A DNA stretch of 64,000 bases, taken from NCBI GenBank assembly GCA_963797555.1, contig CAWCPV010000014.1, positions 288,001-352,000 of the forward strand, given 5' to 3'. Positions 41,424 to 52,758 of the stretch are shown piece by piece. The position numbers and the translations under genes are program-made. This stretch comes from an uncultured Gammaproteobacteria bacterium. GTDB taxonomy: Bacteria > Pseudomonadota > Gammaproteobacteria > CAWCPV01. The notes beneath the pieces are model-generated. The model had not been told where the DNA came from and did not search any database. It saw only the letters and a list, made by a program, of their open reading frames with translations. Each line of letters begins with the position of its first letter. Position 1 is the first letter of the stretch.

Positions 41424-41759
41424 CGATGCACCCCTTCGTCCTCGGAGTCATCCAGCCCATGCAGAGTGTAGGCCGGGTCGGCGGTTTTCTCCATGCGCTT
41501 GGCAGAACTTGACGGCAATGACAGTGTGGCGGTCAGGGACCGGCCGACGGCGGCCGTTGCCGCCAGCCCCACCACCACTTCGAGTACCCGCGCAGCATGC
41601 TGCGGGCGGGGTCATCGCCCATGAGTACGACTGGACACCGAACGGCGCTCGATGATCCCCGGTCTCCTCGTGTGGTCCTCAGCCAATGACTGTGCCCGGC
41701 CAGAGCGACGACAGATTCAGAGGCCTGTCCGGGTTTCACCGGCGTAACGTTCCATATGA

Positions 41760-41832
41760 CGCGTAATCCACTGTCGCATAAAACGTTCCCTGGAGAATCC
41801 ACAGATGCTGTGGATAAGGCTGGGGAAATCGG
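41760..41832. promoter_or_regulatory. Cluster of DnaA-box-like sites
   Basis: Perfect TGTGGATAA at 41809-41817 plus imperfect TAATCCACT, GAATCCACA and TGGGGAAAT. Confidence 0.45.
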
Positions 41833-42096
41833 CTGAGTAAGGCATCGGCAAGGGCACCCCAGAGGCCGTTCGGCTCCCTGACCAGCAGAGCGCCACATCC
41901 CCACTAAAGGTCGTAATAACAGCCCAGTACAGAACACATCTCAGAGAGATTAGGGGCATGCTGGGCGCGCCCGTGTGTCCCGTATCCTCGGCGCTCGACC
42001 CGGGAACAAGTGCTCCGGGGAAGGCTGCACGCCCCCGGCCGTGTCGTGGCGCCGGATCACTCACGCAATAGCCGAACGCCGGGTCCCGCCTGCGCT

Positions 42097-44754
42097 CTAC
42101 GCAACGCTCGCCGTGGGCGCCGATGAAGGCGCCGCGGTCAGCTCGCCGATCAGTGCCGTGGGCCGGCGCGCTAGCCCAGCGGCCAGCGACACGGTCAGGG
42201 AGGCGAGGTAAGGAATGGACTGGATGAGCAGGACCAAAATCCAGAGCAGCAGGTCCGGCGTGTCGGAGCCTTGTTGAATGGCGACGGCGGCGGCGGCGAA
42301 CCACAGCGCCCCCATGATCAGGGTCTCCTCGCGGGCCGAACGGAGTGCCTGGAGCAGCGCGTGCGATTTCGCCAGCTTCGGAGTACGGAAGAACGGCTTG
42401 TCTCGGGTGGCGAAGCCGTTGAGAATCGCCTTCGCGATGGTATGAGACAACGACAAGCCCGCGAAAGCCGCAGCGAGGGTCTGGGCGACGGTGGCGGAAA
42501 CCCGGCTGCGGTAAAGATAGACCAGCTTACCGGTCTTGAATACGAAAAGCGCCAGCGGCAGCGCCGAGAACATCACCAGGGGTGGGTCGACATGCTTGGG
42601 CATCAGCACCATCCCCACCGACCAGCAGAGCGCAGCCAAGTTGAACAGCAGGTTGATGCTGTCCGCTATCCACGGGAGCCAGCCCGCGACGAAGTGATAG
42701 CGCTGCCCCAAGCTGAGCCGCGTGTGTCTCCCAGCCAACAGAGCGCCGGCGTGTCGGCGCAGGATCTGCACCGCGCCGTAGGCCCACCGGAATCGTTGCT
42801 TCTGGAAGTCGACGTAGGTGTCCGGCATCAGCCCTTTGCCGTAGCTCTGCGGGATATAGGTGGCCTCGTAGCCTTGTTCGAAGATGCGCAGGCCCAGCTC
42901 GGCGTCCTCGGTGATGCACCATTCGGCCCATCCGCCGACCTCCACCAGGATGGACTTACGCACCATGGTCATGGTGCCGTGCTGGATGATAGCGTTCCTC
43001 TCGTTGCGGGTGATCATCCCGATATAGAAGAAGCCCCGATATTCCGCGTAGCACATGGCCTTGAACAGGCTCGCCTGCGCGTCCCGATAATCCTGGGGCG
43101 CCTGCACGATAGCGATGCGGGGCTTGGAGAACTGAGGCGCCAAGTCTCGAAGCCAGGCCGGGTCCACGACGTAGTCGCTGTCGATGACGGCGATGACCGC
43201 GGCGTCCGGGTCGGTGCGGGCCAGGGCATAGTTCAGTGCACCGGCCTTGAAGCCCGCCAGTGGAGTCACGTGGAAGAACCGAAAGCGGGCCCCCAACTTC
43301 CGGCAATGCGCCTCCACCGGCTCCCATACCCGAGGGTCCTCGGTGTTGTTGTCCACCACGATGACCTCGTACCGCGGGTAGTCGAGCCGCGCGAGAGCAT
43401 TCAGGGTCTCTATGACCATATCGGGCGGCTCGTTGTAAGCAGGCACGTGGACGGACGCCATGGGCAGATCTTCATCTGGAACACGCAGGGGTACGAACGC
43501 TCGACGCAATCCTGTGAGCCACAGCGCCTCGGCCCATTCGTGCGCCTCGGCCAACAGCACCACTACCACCCCGATCATTCCCAGGATCAGCAGCCCGCCG
43601 ACGATGACGGTGCTCACGGTGAGATACTGCTGCGTGTAGTCGTAAACGATCCACACCGCGGCCGTGGCCGCTGCGTAGGCGACCACCGCAAGAAAGCTAC
43701 GCCCGCGCTTGCGCAACGTCCGGCTATCCACGAGCAGGAGCGCGAAGGTGATCGCGGCGACCACGACCGAGATGATGGCCAGCACGCGCCACTCGGGCAC
43801 CCGGACGATGGGCTCCGAGAAGGTGAACTTGGGTTTCCTGTTCACGTCGTAGACGCCCCAGTAGGCACCCACGGAACCCTCGGTAACCCGTTTCCACGGC
43901 TGATCGAATGCTTCCATGATGTAGTAGACGTAATGCTCCTGAACGGCGCGCGCCAGGAAACGCCGCAGAAAGATGGCCTCGTTGGACTCGGAGGCGACCG
44001 CCGAGCGCCGCGTCCGGCCGTTGCTGGGCCAACCCACCTCGCCGATGACGATAGGCTTCCCCGGGAATACGGTCTTGAGTTGGTTCATCCGCTGCACCAC
44101 GTAATCCACCGCCTCGTCCAGGGCCACCCCTTCCCAGTAAGGCAGCATGTGGACGGTCACGTAGTCGACGTGTTTGGCAAGCTCCGGGTGGTGTATCCAG
44201 ACGTGCCAGGGCTCGGCGGTGCTCACCGGGATAGGGAGCGCATCGCGCACTTCGTCCAGGTATTTGCCCAACTGCTCGACCGTGAGTTCTCCGCGCAGCA
44301 CGGCCTCGTTGCCGACGATGATGCGAACGACGTTACGGGAATTCTCGCGGGCTACGCGGATGAGCTTTTGGATCTCGGCCTCGCTCTTCTTCGCGTCCGC
44401 GTCTACCCAGCCTCCTAGGGCCACGTTGATCCCATACTTGCGCGCGAGCGCCGGGATCTGGGCCAGAGTCCCCTCCACCGTATAGCTGCGCACCGCATGG
44501 GTCTTCCCTGCCAGGAGCGCCAAATCCGCATCGATCTGGTCGATGCTCGGCAGGATATGCTCGACAGGCGTCTGCCCGACCCGCATCGGCGAAAACGAGA
44601 ACCCCTGGATGCGGTCGGGCCACGGCGGCTCATCCTCCGGCTGGTTGAGCATGGCCCAGACGCTGATGGTGACCGCAGCGATCGCCACCCCGATCAGGAC
44701 ATTCACGCCGCTGACTCTAGTTTTCCGGCTGGGGGTTCTGAAAGACATCGACAT
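42097..44754 (-). CDS. ndvB: NdvB-like GH17-GT2 fusion, periplasmic (cyclic) beta-glucan synthase
   Basis: GH17 part: IVGNEAVLR, IGEVGWPS, EAFDQPWK. GT2 part: VPAYNEP, FKAGALN, IDSDY, ITEDAELG, QRFRWAYG. Confidence 0.85.
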   Translation of the reverse strand: MSMSFRTPSRKTRVSGVNVLIGVAIAAVTISVWAMLNQPEDEPPWPDRIQGFSFSPMRVGQTPVEHILPSIDQIDADLALLAGKTHAVRSYTVEGTLAQIPALARKYGINVALGGWVDADAKKSEAEIQKLIRVARENSRNVVRIIVGNEAVLRGELTVEQLGKYLDEVRDALPIPVSTAEPWHVWIHHPELAKHVDYVTVHMLPYWEGVALDEAVDYVVQRMNQLKTVFPGKPIVIGEVGWPSNGRTRRSAVASESNEAIFLRRFLARAVQEHYVYYIMEAFDQPWKRVTEGSVGAYWGVYDVNRKPKFTFSEPIVRVPEWRVLAIISVVVAAITFALLLVDSRTLRKRGRSFLAVVAYAAATAAVWIVYDYTQQYLTVSTVIVGGLLILGMIGVVVVLLAEAHEWAEALWLTGLRRAFVPLRVPDEDLPMASVHVPAYNEPPDMVIETLNALARLDYPRYEVIVVDNNTEDPRVWEPVEAHCRKLGARFRFFHVTPLAGFKAGALNYALARTDPDAAVIAVIDSDYVVDPAWLRDLAPQFSKPRIAIVQAPQDYRDAQASLFKAMCYAEYRGFFYIGMITRNERNAIIQHGTMTMVRKSILVEVGGWAEWCITEDAELGLRIFEQGYEATYIPQSYGKGLMPDTYVDFQKQRFRWAYGAVQILRRHAGALLAGRHTRLSLGQRYHFVAGWLPWIADSINLLFNLAALCWSVGMVLMPKHVDPPLVMFSALPLALFVFKTGKLVYLYRSRVSATVAQTLAAAFAGLSLSHTIAKAILNGFATRDKPFFRTPKLAKSHALLQALRSAREETLIMGALWFAAAAVAIQQGSDTPDLLLWILVLLIQSIPYLASLTVSLAAGLARRPTALIGELTAAPSSAPTASVA

Positions 44755-45228
44755 TCCGAGACAGAGAGCTTGTGCATGAAGCTGCTGCGCGTCCCGACGC
44801 GGCATCGCCCCGTGCTGGCGCCTCGCCTACCGAGTGACGCGTATCGTCGCTGCGCCCCGTGTGTGCTCCCGGGTCGCTCACGGCGATGTCTTCACATGTT
44901 CGGAGAGGCGCCGTCGGGGATGGCAGGGATCAGGACAACGGTGTTAACGGTTGCGCGAGGCTCGGGGGTCGCTTGCAGCGAAAAAGTCCACGCCTGGACG
45001 GGACCTCTGGCTGCGTTCCAGCGCTAGAAGCTTAACATCACACTCCGCCGAATCCAAACCGACCGCTGCTCCTGTCGCACGGTTCAGCGGGCCGGCGGAA
45101 GTCGGGCACCTGAGACCGGGTTAATCCACAGCCTGGCTGGGAGCCACCCGATGTACGCGGCGCCGACCTGCCGCGCCACCAGCCGACCCGTCGGCGGGCA
45201 GCGTGCACCATGGCGCGCACCCACAAAG

Positions 45229-45251
45229 AAAAGGCGGCCCGCAGGCCGCCT
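45229..45251 (-). terminator. Rho-independent terminator of cytochrome copy 1
   Basis: AGGCGGC-loop-GCCGCCT followed by a T-tract on the minus strand. Confidence 0.7.
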
Positions 45252-45317
45252 CGAGTAAGCTCTTCCAGGACACCCCCGCAAGCTCCCGCAGAGGTGTCCC
45301 GTCCCTGCTGGCGCGCG

Positions 45318-48197
45318 TCAGTCGCCGCCGCCGCCGGTGAACGGGTTACCGTGGCAAATGCCGCAACTCACCTGCGTGCCCCTGGTGATGGTGTGACCGC
45401 TCACCTGACGGTCCACCTTGGCCACCGAGAGCACCGTACCCTGACCTTGAGCCCCGTGGCAGGCCGCGCACTTTTGCCTGCCGCTACCGTCGGCCATGTC
45501 CTCGTGCCCGCCGTTGACGAAGCGGACATTGCCGACCGGGTGCATGCCGTGGGGTCCGTCCAGAGTAATCTGGTTATCCATGGCGGTGCCGTGGCAGGTG
45601 GAGCACTCGATGATGACGCCAGTGTGGCCCTGGAGCTGTCCGGCGGTCACGTTGTCGTTCGCCGCGAAGGTGCCGGCCGCGAACGGGTACAGGCCGTTGG
45701 CGGGCTGCGGGTCCACCGGCCACTCGGCGTGGGTGCTGCCGTGGCAAGCCTCGCAGAACACTCCGCCATGGCCGCTCTCACCGGCGTTGCTTCCGTTGAC
45801 GGTGAGCGGTACACCGCCGTTACTGACTCGATACAGCTTCGGGTTGTCAGAACCGCTTTGTCCATTGCCCGGCGTGCCGCTCACGGTATTCTCGGCGAAG
45901 CGCGGGTTGGATGGAACGATGGGTGCCGGTTGGATCGTGGCACAGTCCGTCAGGCTGGTGCAGTTGCCGCTCGCCAAGTAGGCCTGGAGCAGCCGGATCG
46001 TGTCGGTGGCATCGACCGACCAGGCCTTGACCAGGTTGCTGCTCGATACCGCGCCACACTTGCTCGGGTTGATGATGCAGTTGTCGAGCGCGTCGCCCGT
46101 ATGGCACGACCCGCAGCCGGGCTCATTCGCCCACGGCACCCGCGGTGTCGAGGGGGCGGGTTTCGCTCCGTTAGTCAGTTGATAGTAGTCGTTGGCCAGG
46201 CTGAACGACCCGCCGGGCTTGTTCTTGGAGAAGTCGTTGCCCACCTGCTGCATCTGCCCGTGGCAGTCCTGGCACACCACTCCGCCGCTCGCCATCGCGC
46301 CGCGCAGACACTTGGTGCGCGCACCCGGGTGACAGTTGTAGCAGGCGTGGTTCAACGTGCACTCGGTGGTGGACTGGCCCACGCAGTCCGGGTAGTCGTT
46401 GCCCAAGTTGCTGTTTGCGGTGACGGTGGCGTTCCGCGAGGAGGACGTGCGCACCGGCATGATGGGAAACACCGGGTCGTCCGCGACGGCGGTGCCGAAC
46501 CCGGCAGGGAAGGTCTGCGAACCGTGGAAGTTGTGCACCACGCGGGACATGGACTGGTTGTTGGTCTGTCCCGCCAAGCCCGGCAGGACAGAGTTGCCCG
46601 GACCGACCTGCAGCAGGTCCAGCGCCGGAGTGTAGTGGCAGGTCTGGCACACCACCGGATTCGTGGCGATGCCGTTGGAGTCGGTGTTATTCCCGTTGAC
46701 GGGTGACAGCGCGGGGCTGTACGCGTTGGGATCGCCGGAGCCCGGACCGTGATCCTCGTCATGCAGGGTCAGGATGTTGATGTCCGTGGCCCACTCCACG
46801 CTCACTGCGAGCGGTACTGACCCGTACTTGGGGTCGTCGATGGACGTTCTGATCATCGTGCCGAGACCGGCGGCCGTCGTCGCCAAGCCGTTCCCACCGT
46901 CTACCGGCGCGGCATGGCAGTTCTTGCAGTTCGCCTCGCCAGAGATCGGCGTCACGGTATCCAGCGAGGACAGCACCGAATGGCTGCTCTTGTCCCGCGC
47001 CTGGACCCGCATCAGCGGATAGGGGTTGATTCGCCCGGAGTCGTCGATCTCGGCGAGCGGAACCCCTTCCGCGGTGAACCAGTTGACGGTCGCGGTGTAG
47101 CCGAAGCTGCTGCCGAAGTTGGCGGAGAAGAACGGCAAGGTGCCGGTGTACAGCGCCATGCGCTGTGGGTTGTTGGCCGTGTACGCGGCGTCGGTGATGC
47201 TCCGGGGCTGGTTGGGCGGGTTGCAGCCCGTGCTGCCGAGGTTCGACGGCGTGCACGCATAGGGGGTGAGCGTCACGCTCGGCATGCCCTGCTGGTCCAG
47301 CAGCACCGTGCCCTGGGGGTATCCGTCCTTGCCGGCGAGGTAAAGCAGCTCGTTGTCCGGCACCGCCAGCCCCACATCGATGATGTTCAACGCCGCCGGA
47401 TAGAACAGCGCCAGCAAACCCGTCGGATAGAACGGGTCGTAGGCCTTGCGCGCCGTGTCCCAGAAATTGGACTTGAAAACGCCCGTGAAGGTGTAACCCG
47501 TGAAGCTCCGCGGCGGGTTGGGCTGCAAGGCCGGGTCCAGGACCGCGGGGTCGTTGGCGCTGGACGCCGCCGAGTACACGACCTCCACGCTGGAGTCGTC
47601 CAGGAGCTGCGGATGCGAGCCGGTCTGCACCACCTGGGCGTTGATCACGTTGAACGGCGGCAGGATGCTCAGCACCCGCGTGTCCAGGTCGCCGCAGTGC
47701 ATCCCCAGGTCGTTGACGGCGACGACCCTGTACTCCGACTGATTCGTCGGCGTCTGCTCCGGCACCGCCGTGGTCGGCACCGTGCTGTTGTTCGCACTGG
47801 TGGAGTTGATCGACTTGCTGGCGCCACCGCCACCGCCGCCGCCACCACCACCGTTGTTGCTGCAGTTGGCCGGGGCGTTGCTGACGCTCCGCGTGGCCGA
47901 GGAGCTGCCGGACTCGGCGCGCACCTTGCATGGCACCGGGCTCGGGTTGCTCTTGGTGAACGTCCAACTGCCCCTCCTGCTCGCGGTGGTGGTCCCGATC
48001 ACCACGAGATCGCCGGTATACTTGACCGTCACCGTGGCGCGGCTCGCTGCCCCGCTGCCGCTCACCGTGAGCGTATGGCTGCTGTTGCTCCAGCTCGCAC
48101 TACTGATAGTGAAGGCCGCCCAGGCGTTCCCCGCGAATGCCAGGGCGAGCAGGGAGCCGGCGAGCACCGGCCATCTCAGGCTGTTCCGTTGTTGCAT
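45318..48197 (-). CDS. Secreted multiheme cytochrome c with 9 CxxCH (copy 1)
   Basis: Signal peptide, poly-Gly linker, NDLGMHCGD domain; CKNCH, CQTCH, CYNCH, CQDCH, CGSCH, CEACH, CSTCH, CAACH, CGICH. Confidence 0.92.
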   Translation of the reverse strand: MQQRNSLRWPVLAGSLLALAFAGNAWAAFTISSASWSNSSHTLTVSGSGAASRATVTVKYTGDLVVIGTTTASRRGSWTFTKSNPSPVPCKVRAESGSSSATRSVSNAPANCSNNGGGGGGGGGGASKSINSTSANNSTVPTTAVPEQTPTNQSEYRVVAVNDLGMHCGDLDTRVLSILPPFNVINAQVVQTGSHPQLLDDSSVEVVYSAASSANDPAVLDPALQPNPPRSFTGYTFTGVFKSNFWDTARKAYDPFYPTGLLALFYPAALNIIDVGLAVPDNELLYLAGKDGYPQGTVLLDQQGMPSVTLTPYACTPSNLGSTGCNPPNQPRSITDAAYTANNPQRMALYTGTLPFFSANFGSSFGYTATVNWFTAEGVPLAEIDDSGRINPYPLMRVQARDKSSHSVLSSLDTVTPISGEANCKNCHAAPVDGGNGLATTAAGLGTMIRTSIDDPKYGSVPLAVSVEWATDINILTLHDEDHGPGSGDPNAYSPALSPVNGNNTDSNGIATNPVVCQTCHYTPALDLLQVGPGNSVLPGLAGQTNNQSMSRVVHNFHGSQTFPAGFGTAVADDPVFPIMPVRTSSSRNATVTANSNLGNDYPDCVGQSTTECTLNHACYNCHPGARTKCLRGAMASGGVVCQDCHGQMQQVGNDFSKNKPGGSFSLANDYYQLTNGAKPAPSTPRVPWANEPGCGSCHTGDALDNCIINPSKCGAVSSSNLVKAWSVDATDTIRLLQAYLASGNCTSLTDCATIQPAPIVPSNPRFAENTVSGTPGNGQSGSDNPKLYRVSNGGVPLTVNGSNAGESGHGGVFCEACHGSTHAEWPVDPQPANGLYPFAAGTFAANDNVTAGQLQGHTGVIIECSTCHGTAMDNQITLDGPHGMHPVGNVRFVNGGHEDMADGSGRQKCAACHGAQGQGTVLSVAKVDRQVSGHTITRGTQVSCGICHGNPFTGGGGD

Positions 48198-48214
48198 GTG
48201 CTCCTCCTTCCTGT

Positions 48215-48566
48215 CTTGGGTCGAAGCGTGGCAGCGGGTGGGAGTTGAGCCGCCCGCCGTCGCCGATCTGCGTCAGCGGGACTCCCTCTGCGGAGAACCA
48301 GTCGACGTTGTTCGCGACGTAGCCGAAGGACTGACCGAAGTTCGCGGAAAAGCGATGGTGGTCCCGATCACGACAAGATCGCCGGTATAGTTGGCGGTCA
48401 GCGCGGCGCGGCTCGCTGCCACGCTGCCGCTCACCGTGAGCGTATGGCCGCTGTTGCTCCAGCTCGCACTACCGATGCTGATAGTCGCCCAGGCGTTCCC
48501 CGCGAACGCCAGGGCGAGCAGCGAGCCGGCGAGCACCGGCCATCTCAGGCTGTTCCGCTGTTGCAT
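48215..48566 (-). pseudogene. Internally deleted third copy of the multiheme cytochrome
   Basis: Near-identical N-terminus, then a jump to an out-of-frame internal piece (FSANFGQSFGY..WFSAEGVPL). Confidence 0.8.
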
Positions 48567-48697
48567 GTGCTCCTCCTCCATGTCTTCGCGACCCCTCGCA
48601 CCGAAGCCAACGGCAGCGTTTGCGTCAGGATTGGTCCGCGAATCCCCGCCCGATGAGTGACGAGCCCACCGTGGAGCACTCCCGGAACGGGAATGCA

Positions 48698-48732
48698 AGT
48701 GTATAACCCAGACAACTTAAGGCAATATTAAC
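48698..48732 (-). promoter_or_regulatory. Putative promoter with TTAAT-N6-TTAAG direct repeat
   Basis: Minus strand GTTAATATTGCCTTAAG...TATACACTT; conserved at 52759-52794. Confidence 0.55.
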
Positions 48733-49093
48733 AACGCTGTGCCCCGCCGCCCTGGGCCGCCTGCGAGGCGGGCTGACCCACGGGACTCGTGCGGGGCGGG
48801 CGACACTGTTCGTCGCGCGAATGCGCGATCATTCATTCGCAGCGGCGCCCGATCCGGATCATGGTCGTCCAAGCTTCCAGCAGGGGTAATGGAAGAAGGA
48901 TGGCGGCTGGCTTCACATCGGCTTCAACCGACTTGGCCAAAGGAAAACTCGTGGAGACATCAAGTCGCCAGATGGTACGAACGACGTTACGTTAGCTCTC
49001 TCGGGCCACCTGGATGAGCGTTCGGACCTCGGCCTGGGTGTTCTTCGCATCCGCGTGGGCTCGCGAAACGTGGGCCACGGCGCACCAACAAAG

Positions 49094-49117
49094 AAAAAGG
49101 CGGCCCGCAGGCCGCCT
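49094..49117 (-). terminator. Rho-independent terminator of cytochrome copy 2
   Basis: Same hairpin as 45229-45251. Confidence 0.7.
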
Positions 49118-49211
49118 CGAGTAAGCTTCTCGTAGACACCTCCCCACATCCCCGCCGGGTCGTCCGACGGGGCCTGGTCCATTGGGGCGGCGTCCGTGCC
49201 GCCTCAACAGG

Positions 49212-52200
49212 CTACTGGTTCGCGCAGGTGCTGGTCCAGTAGCTCGTGTTATGACACACGGCGCAGCCTATGGGGTGACCCTTGGCCACGGTCTGCCCGC
49301 TGAAGGTGCGGTTTGCCAGCACGCGCGAGAGTGGGGTTCCGCAACTGGTGCTCCGGCTCGTGCCGCCGTGGCAGGCCTGGCAGTACGTGGTGTAGTTGGT
49401 GTTGGTGCTGCTGCCATTCACGCTGCGGTGGACGCTGCTGCTCGACCAGGGCGTGCTGGTCGCCGCGATCGGGTGCAGACCGTGCGGGCCGCCAAGCGTG
49501 CTGCCGAGGCTGGCCGAGCCGTGGCAGGTGGAGCAGTCGGCGATGAAACCGCTGTGGCCCTGCAACTGGTTGGCCGTCACGTTGTCGTTGGCGTTCGGAT
49601 TGGCGTTCGGCCACTCCGCATGCGTGCTGCCGTGGCAGGCTTCGCAGAAGATGCCGCTGTGCCCGCTCTGGCCTCCGCCGGTGGTGGCCTGGCCCCCGAC
49701 GCTCACCCGGTACAGCTTGGGATTGCTGCTGGCGGTGACGTCTTCGGCGAAGCGCTTGTTGGTGGGCACGATCGGCGTGGCCTTGGTGTCACCGGTCCGA
49801 TAGGCCTGGCGCAGACGCAGCGCGTCCTTGTACCCGTTGGTATCGCGGTTGTTGACCACAGTCCCCGTCGTACCGGCGAGGTTGCTGACCGCATCACCCG
49901 TGTGGCACGAGCCGCACGAAGGCTCGTTCGCCCAGGGCACGCGCGGCGTGTTGGCGTTGGTGTAGAAGTCGCCTGCCAGGATAAAGCTGCCGCCTGGCTT
50001 GTTCCGCGAGAAGTCGTTGCCGACCTGGGTCATGCCGCCGTGGCAATCCGAGCACAGCATGTTGCCGTTGAACATGGCACCGCGCAGGCATTTGGTGCGT
50101 TTGCCCGGATGGCACTGGTAGCAACTCTGATCGAGTGCCGCCAGACGCGCCGCCTGGTTGGTGATGGTGCCATCCGCCGCCTGCACCGGCGCCGGGATGG
50201 GCGGGAACAGGCTCGTCAACTGCCCGTGGTGGTTGTGCATGACACGCGACATGGACTGGTTGTTGGACTGCTGGCGGCCGTTGACGTCGTTCGGACCGAC
50301 CTGGGCCAAGTCGAGCGCCGGGGTGTAGTGGCAGGTCTGGCAAACCACCGGCCTGAAGGACGTTGCTCCTGCCGTCGGGAAGTCCTCCGTCGTTCCCGTG
50401 ATCAGGGACGTCCCATTACGCATGTCATGCAGCTTGAGGATGTTGTGGTCCGAGGCCCACTCGACGCTGACCGCGGATGGTACGTCGTTCCCGCTCGGAT
50501 CATTGATCGAGACTTGGGGGCTAGTGATCCCCACGGCCGTCGTCGCGGAGCCATTGCCGCCGTCCGCCGACGCCGCATGACAGCCTTGGCAGTTGGCCTC
50601 GCCGGAGATGGGGGTCACGGTGTCGATCGTGGCCAATACCGTATTGCCCTGCTTCGCCTGGACGCGCATCAGCGGATAGGGGTTCTCGCGCCCGAAGTCG
50701 TCGAAGGTAGAAAGCGGAATGCCCTCAGCCGCGAACCAGTTCACAGTTGCCGTGTACCCGAACGAGAAGTTCGGGAAGAACTGGATGTCGCTGTCGAACC
50801 GGGCAAAGGCCTGCGGGTCGTTGCTGGTGTACGGGCCCTGGATGCCCGGCATGGACTGCTGGGCGACCTGGAGGGTCGGCAGCAGGGCGGAGTCAGGCAC
50901 CGGGAGCCCCGTATCCGCTCCGATGGCCGGAGGCGTGATGTCAGTCGGGTAGAACGGATTGTAAGCCCCGGCGTTGAGGGTGTCCCAGAAGTTGGTCTTG
51001 TAGACGCCCTGGGAAGTGACGGAGCTCAGGACATTGCTCTGCGAGAGCACCGGGTCGTTGGGGTTAGAGACCGCCGAGTAAGCCACGCTCACGCCCGAGG
51101 GGTTGAGCGTCGGGGTGGCGCCCTTCTGCACCACCTGCGCATGCAGGACGTTGTACGGCGGCAGGATGCTCGCAATGCGCGTATCCAGGTCACCGCAGTG
51201 CATGCCGAGGTCATTGATGGCAAGCACGCTATACGTGGTGTTGGGCACCTGCGCCTGCTGCGGGACCGTCGATTGCGGGCAGCCGTCCTGGCTGGTGGAG
51301 TTGATGGACGTGTTCGGCTTGGCCGGGTTGGCGCAGGCCGTCGCCTGGCCCGTGCTGGCGCTCGCAATGTTCGAGTACCCGCTCAGGTTACCGGCCGCAT
51401 CCGTCGCCCGGGTACGATACCGGTAGGTGGTGTTCGCCGTCAGGCCGGTATCGTTGTACGTTGTCCCCGTCGGGGTCGCAATCTGGGCGAAGTTGGTGCA
51501 GCTCCCGCCCTGGCAGCGCTCGACACGGTAGCCGGTGACGCCCACGGCATCCGTGGAAGCCGTCCAGCTCAGGTTGATCTGGCTCGCGCCCGCTGCCGTT
51601 GCCGCGAGGTTGCTCGGCGCCGTAGGCGGCGTCGTGTCCGCGGTCTGCTGGGTGGTGGCGCTCGCAATGTTCGAGTACCCGCTCAGGTTACCGGCCGCAT
51701 CCGTCGCCCGTACCCGATAGCGGTAGGTGGTGTTTGCTGTCAGCGCCGTGTTGTTATAGGAGGTGCCGGTCGGGGTCGCAATCTGGGCGAAGTTGGTGCA
51801 GCTCCCGCCTTGGCAGCGCTCGACACGGTAGCCGGTGACGCCCACGTTATCCGTCGAGGCGGTCCAGCTCAGATTGATCTGGCTCGTGCTCGCTGCCGTT
51901 GCCGACAGGCTGCTCGGAGCGGTCGGCGGCGTGGTGTCCGCCGTCCCGATGTTCACCGTGAGGGCCAACGTGATCGAGATGCCAACGTTGCCCGCGGCGT
52001 CATAGGCTTTGGCCGTCCAGTTGTGGGTGCCGTTGGCGGCGCTCGTGATCCCCCAAGCGTAGCTGTACGGCGAGCTGGTGTCGGTCACCACCAGGCTCGC
52101 ACCGTCGTAGAACTCAACCCGCGTCACGCCCACGTTGTCGGAGGCATTGGCCGAGATGGTCACGGTCTGGGCGGTCGTGTAGCTCGGACCGGCTGGGGAG

Positions 52201-52623
52201 GCACTGATGGAGGCCGTGGGCGGCGTGGTGTCTCCTCCGCCTCCTCCACCTCCTCCTCCCTCCTCCTCTCCTCCGCCGCCATTGTCGCTACAATTGGACG
52301 GGGCGCCGCTGACGGCCCGCGTCGCGGAGGAGCCGCCGGACTCGGCGCGCACGTGGCAGGGCACCGGGCTTACGTTGCCCTGGAGGAACGTCCAGGTCCC
52401 GGACTGCTTCGCCGTCGTGGTGCCGATGACCGGTACGATCCCCGGAATACTTCAGGGTCACCGTGGCACCGCCCGCCGCTCCGCTACCCAACACGTAGAG
52501 CCGCTGCGAGGTCTGCCAGGTCGCACTACTGATGCTGATAGCCGCCCAGGCGTTCCCCGCGAACACCAAGCCGAGCAACGAGCCGGCGAGAGCCGGCCAT
52601 CTCAGGCTGTTCCGCTTTTTCAT
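49212..52623 (-). CDS. Secreted multiheme cytochrome c with 9 CxxCH plus Ig-like and two FN3 domains (copy 2); frameshifts at about 52380-52445
   Basis: MKKRNSLRWPALAG start at 52623; SDNVGVTRVEFY Ig domain; two WTASTD.VGVTGY FN3 domains; nine CxxCH motifs. Confidence 0.88.
51355..51940 (-). repeat. Tandem 300-bp duplication encoding two FN3 domains
   Basis: GCTCGCAATGTTCGAGTACCCGCTCAGGTTACCGGCCGCATCCG at 51360 and 51660. Confidence 0.9.
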
Positions 52624-52758
52624 GTGCTCCTCCTCCTCCGTGTCTTCGCTACTTCTAGCCCCGAGGCCAACGGCAGCGTTTGCACCGCGATTGGTCGGCG
52701 AATCCCCGCCCGATGATGAGTGACCAGCCACCGCGAACAATCCGGAAACGGGAATGTA

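Noticed and set aside
41700-41960. Chromosomal replication origin
   Set aside because: Only one perfect DnaA box, no clear unwinding element and no origin-linked genes; kept only as a low-interest finding.
48570-48700. Conserved cytochrome leader as a c-di-GMP riboswitch (contains GCAAAC)
   Set aside because: The other GEMM elements are not evident; duplication explains the conservation. An Rfam scan would settle it.
32296-52532. Very long opposite-strand ORFs (32296-34521, 42271-44418, 49182-52532)
   Set aside because: Antisense shadows of GC-rich genes, with no recognisable motifs.
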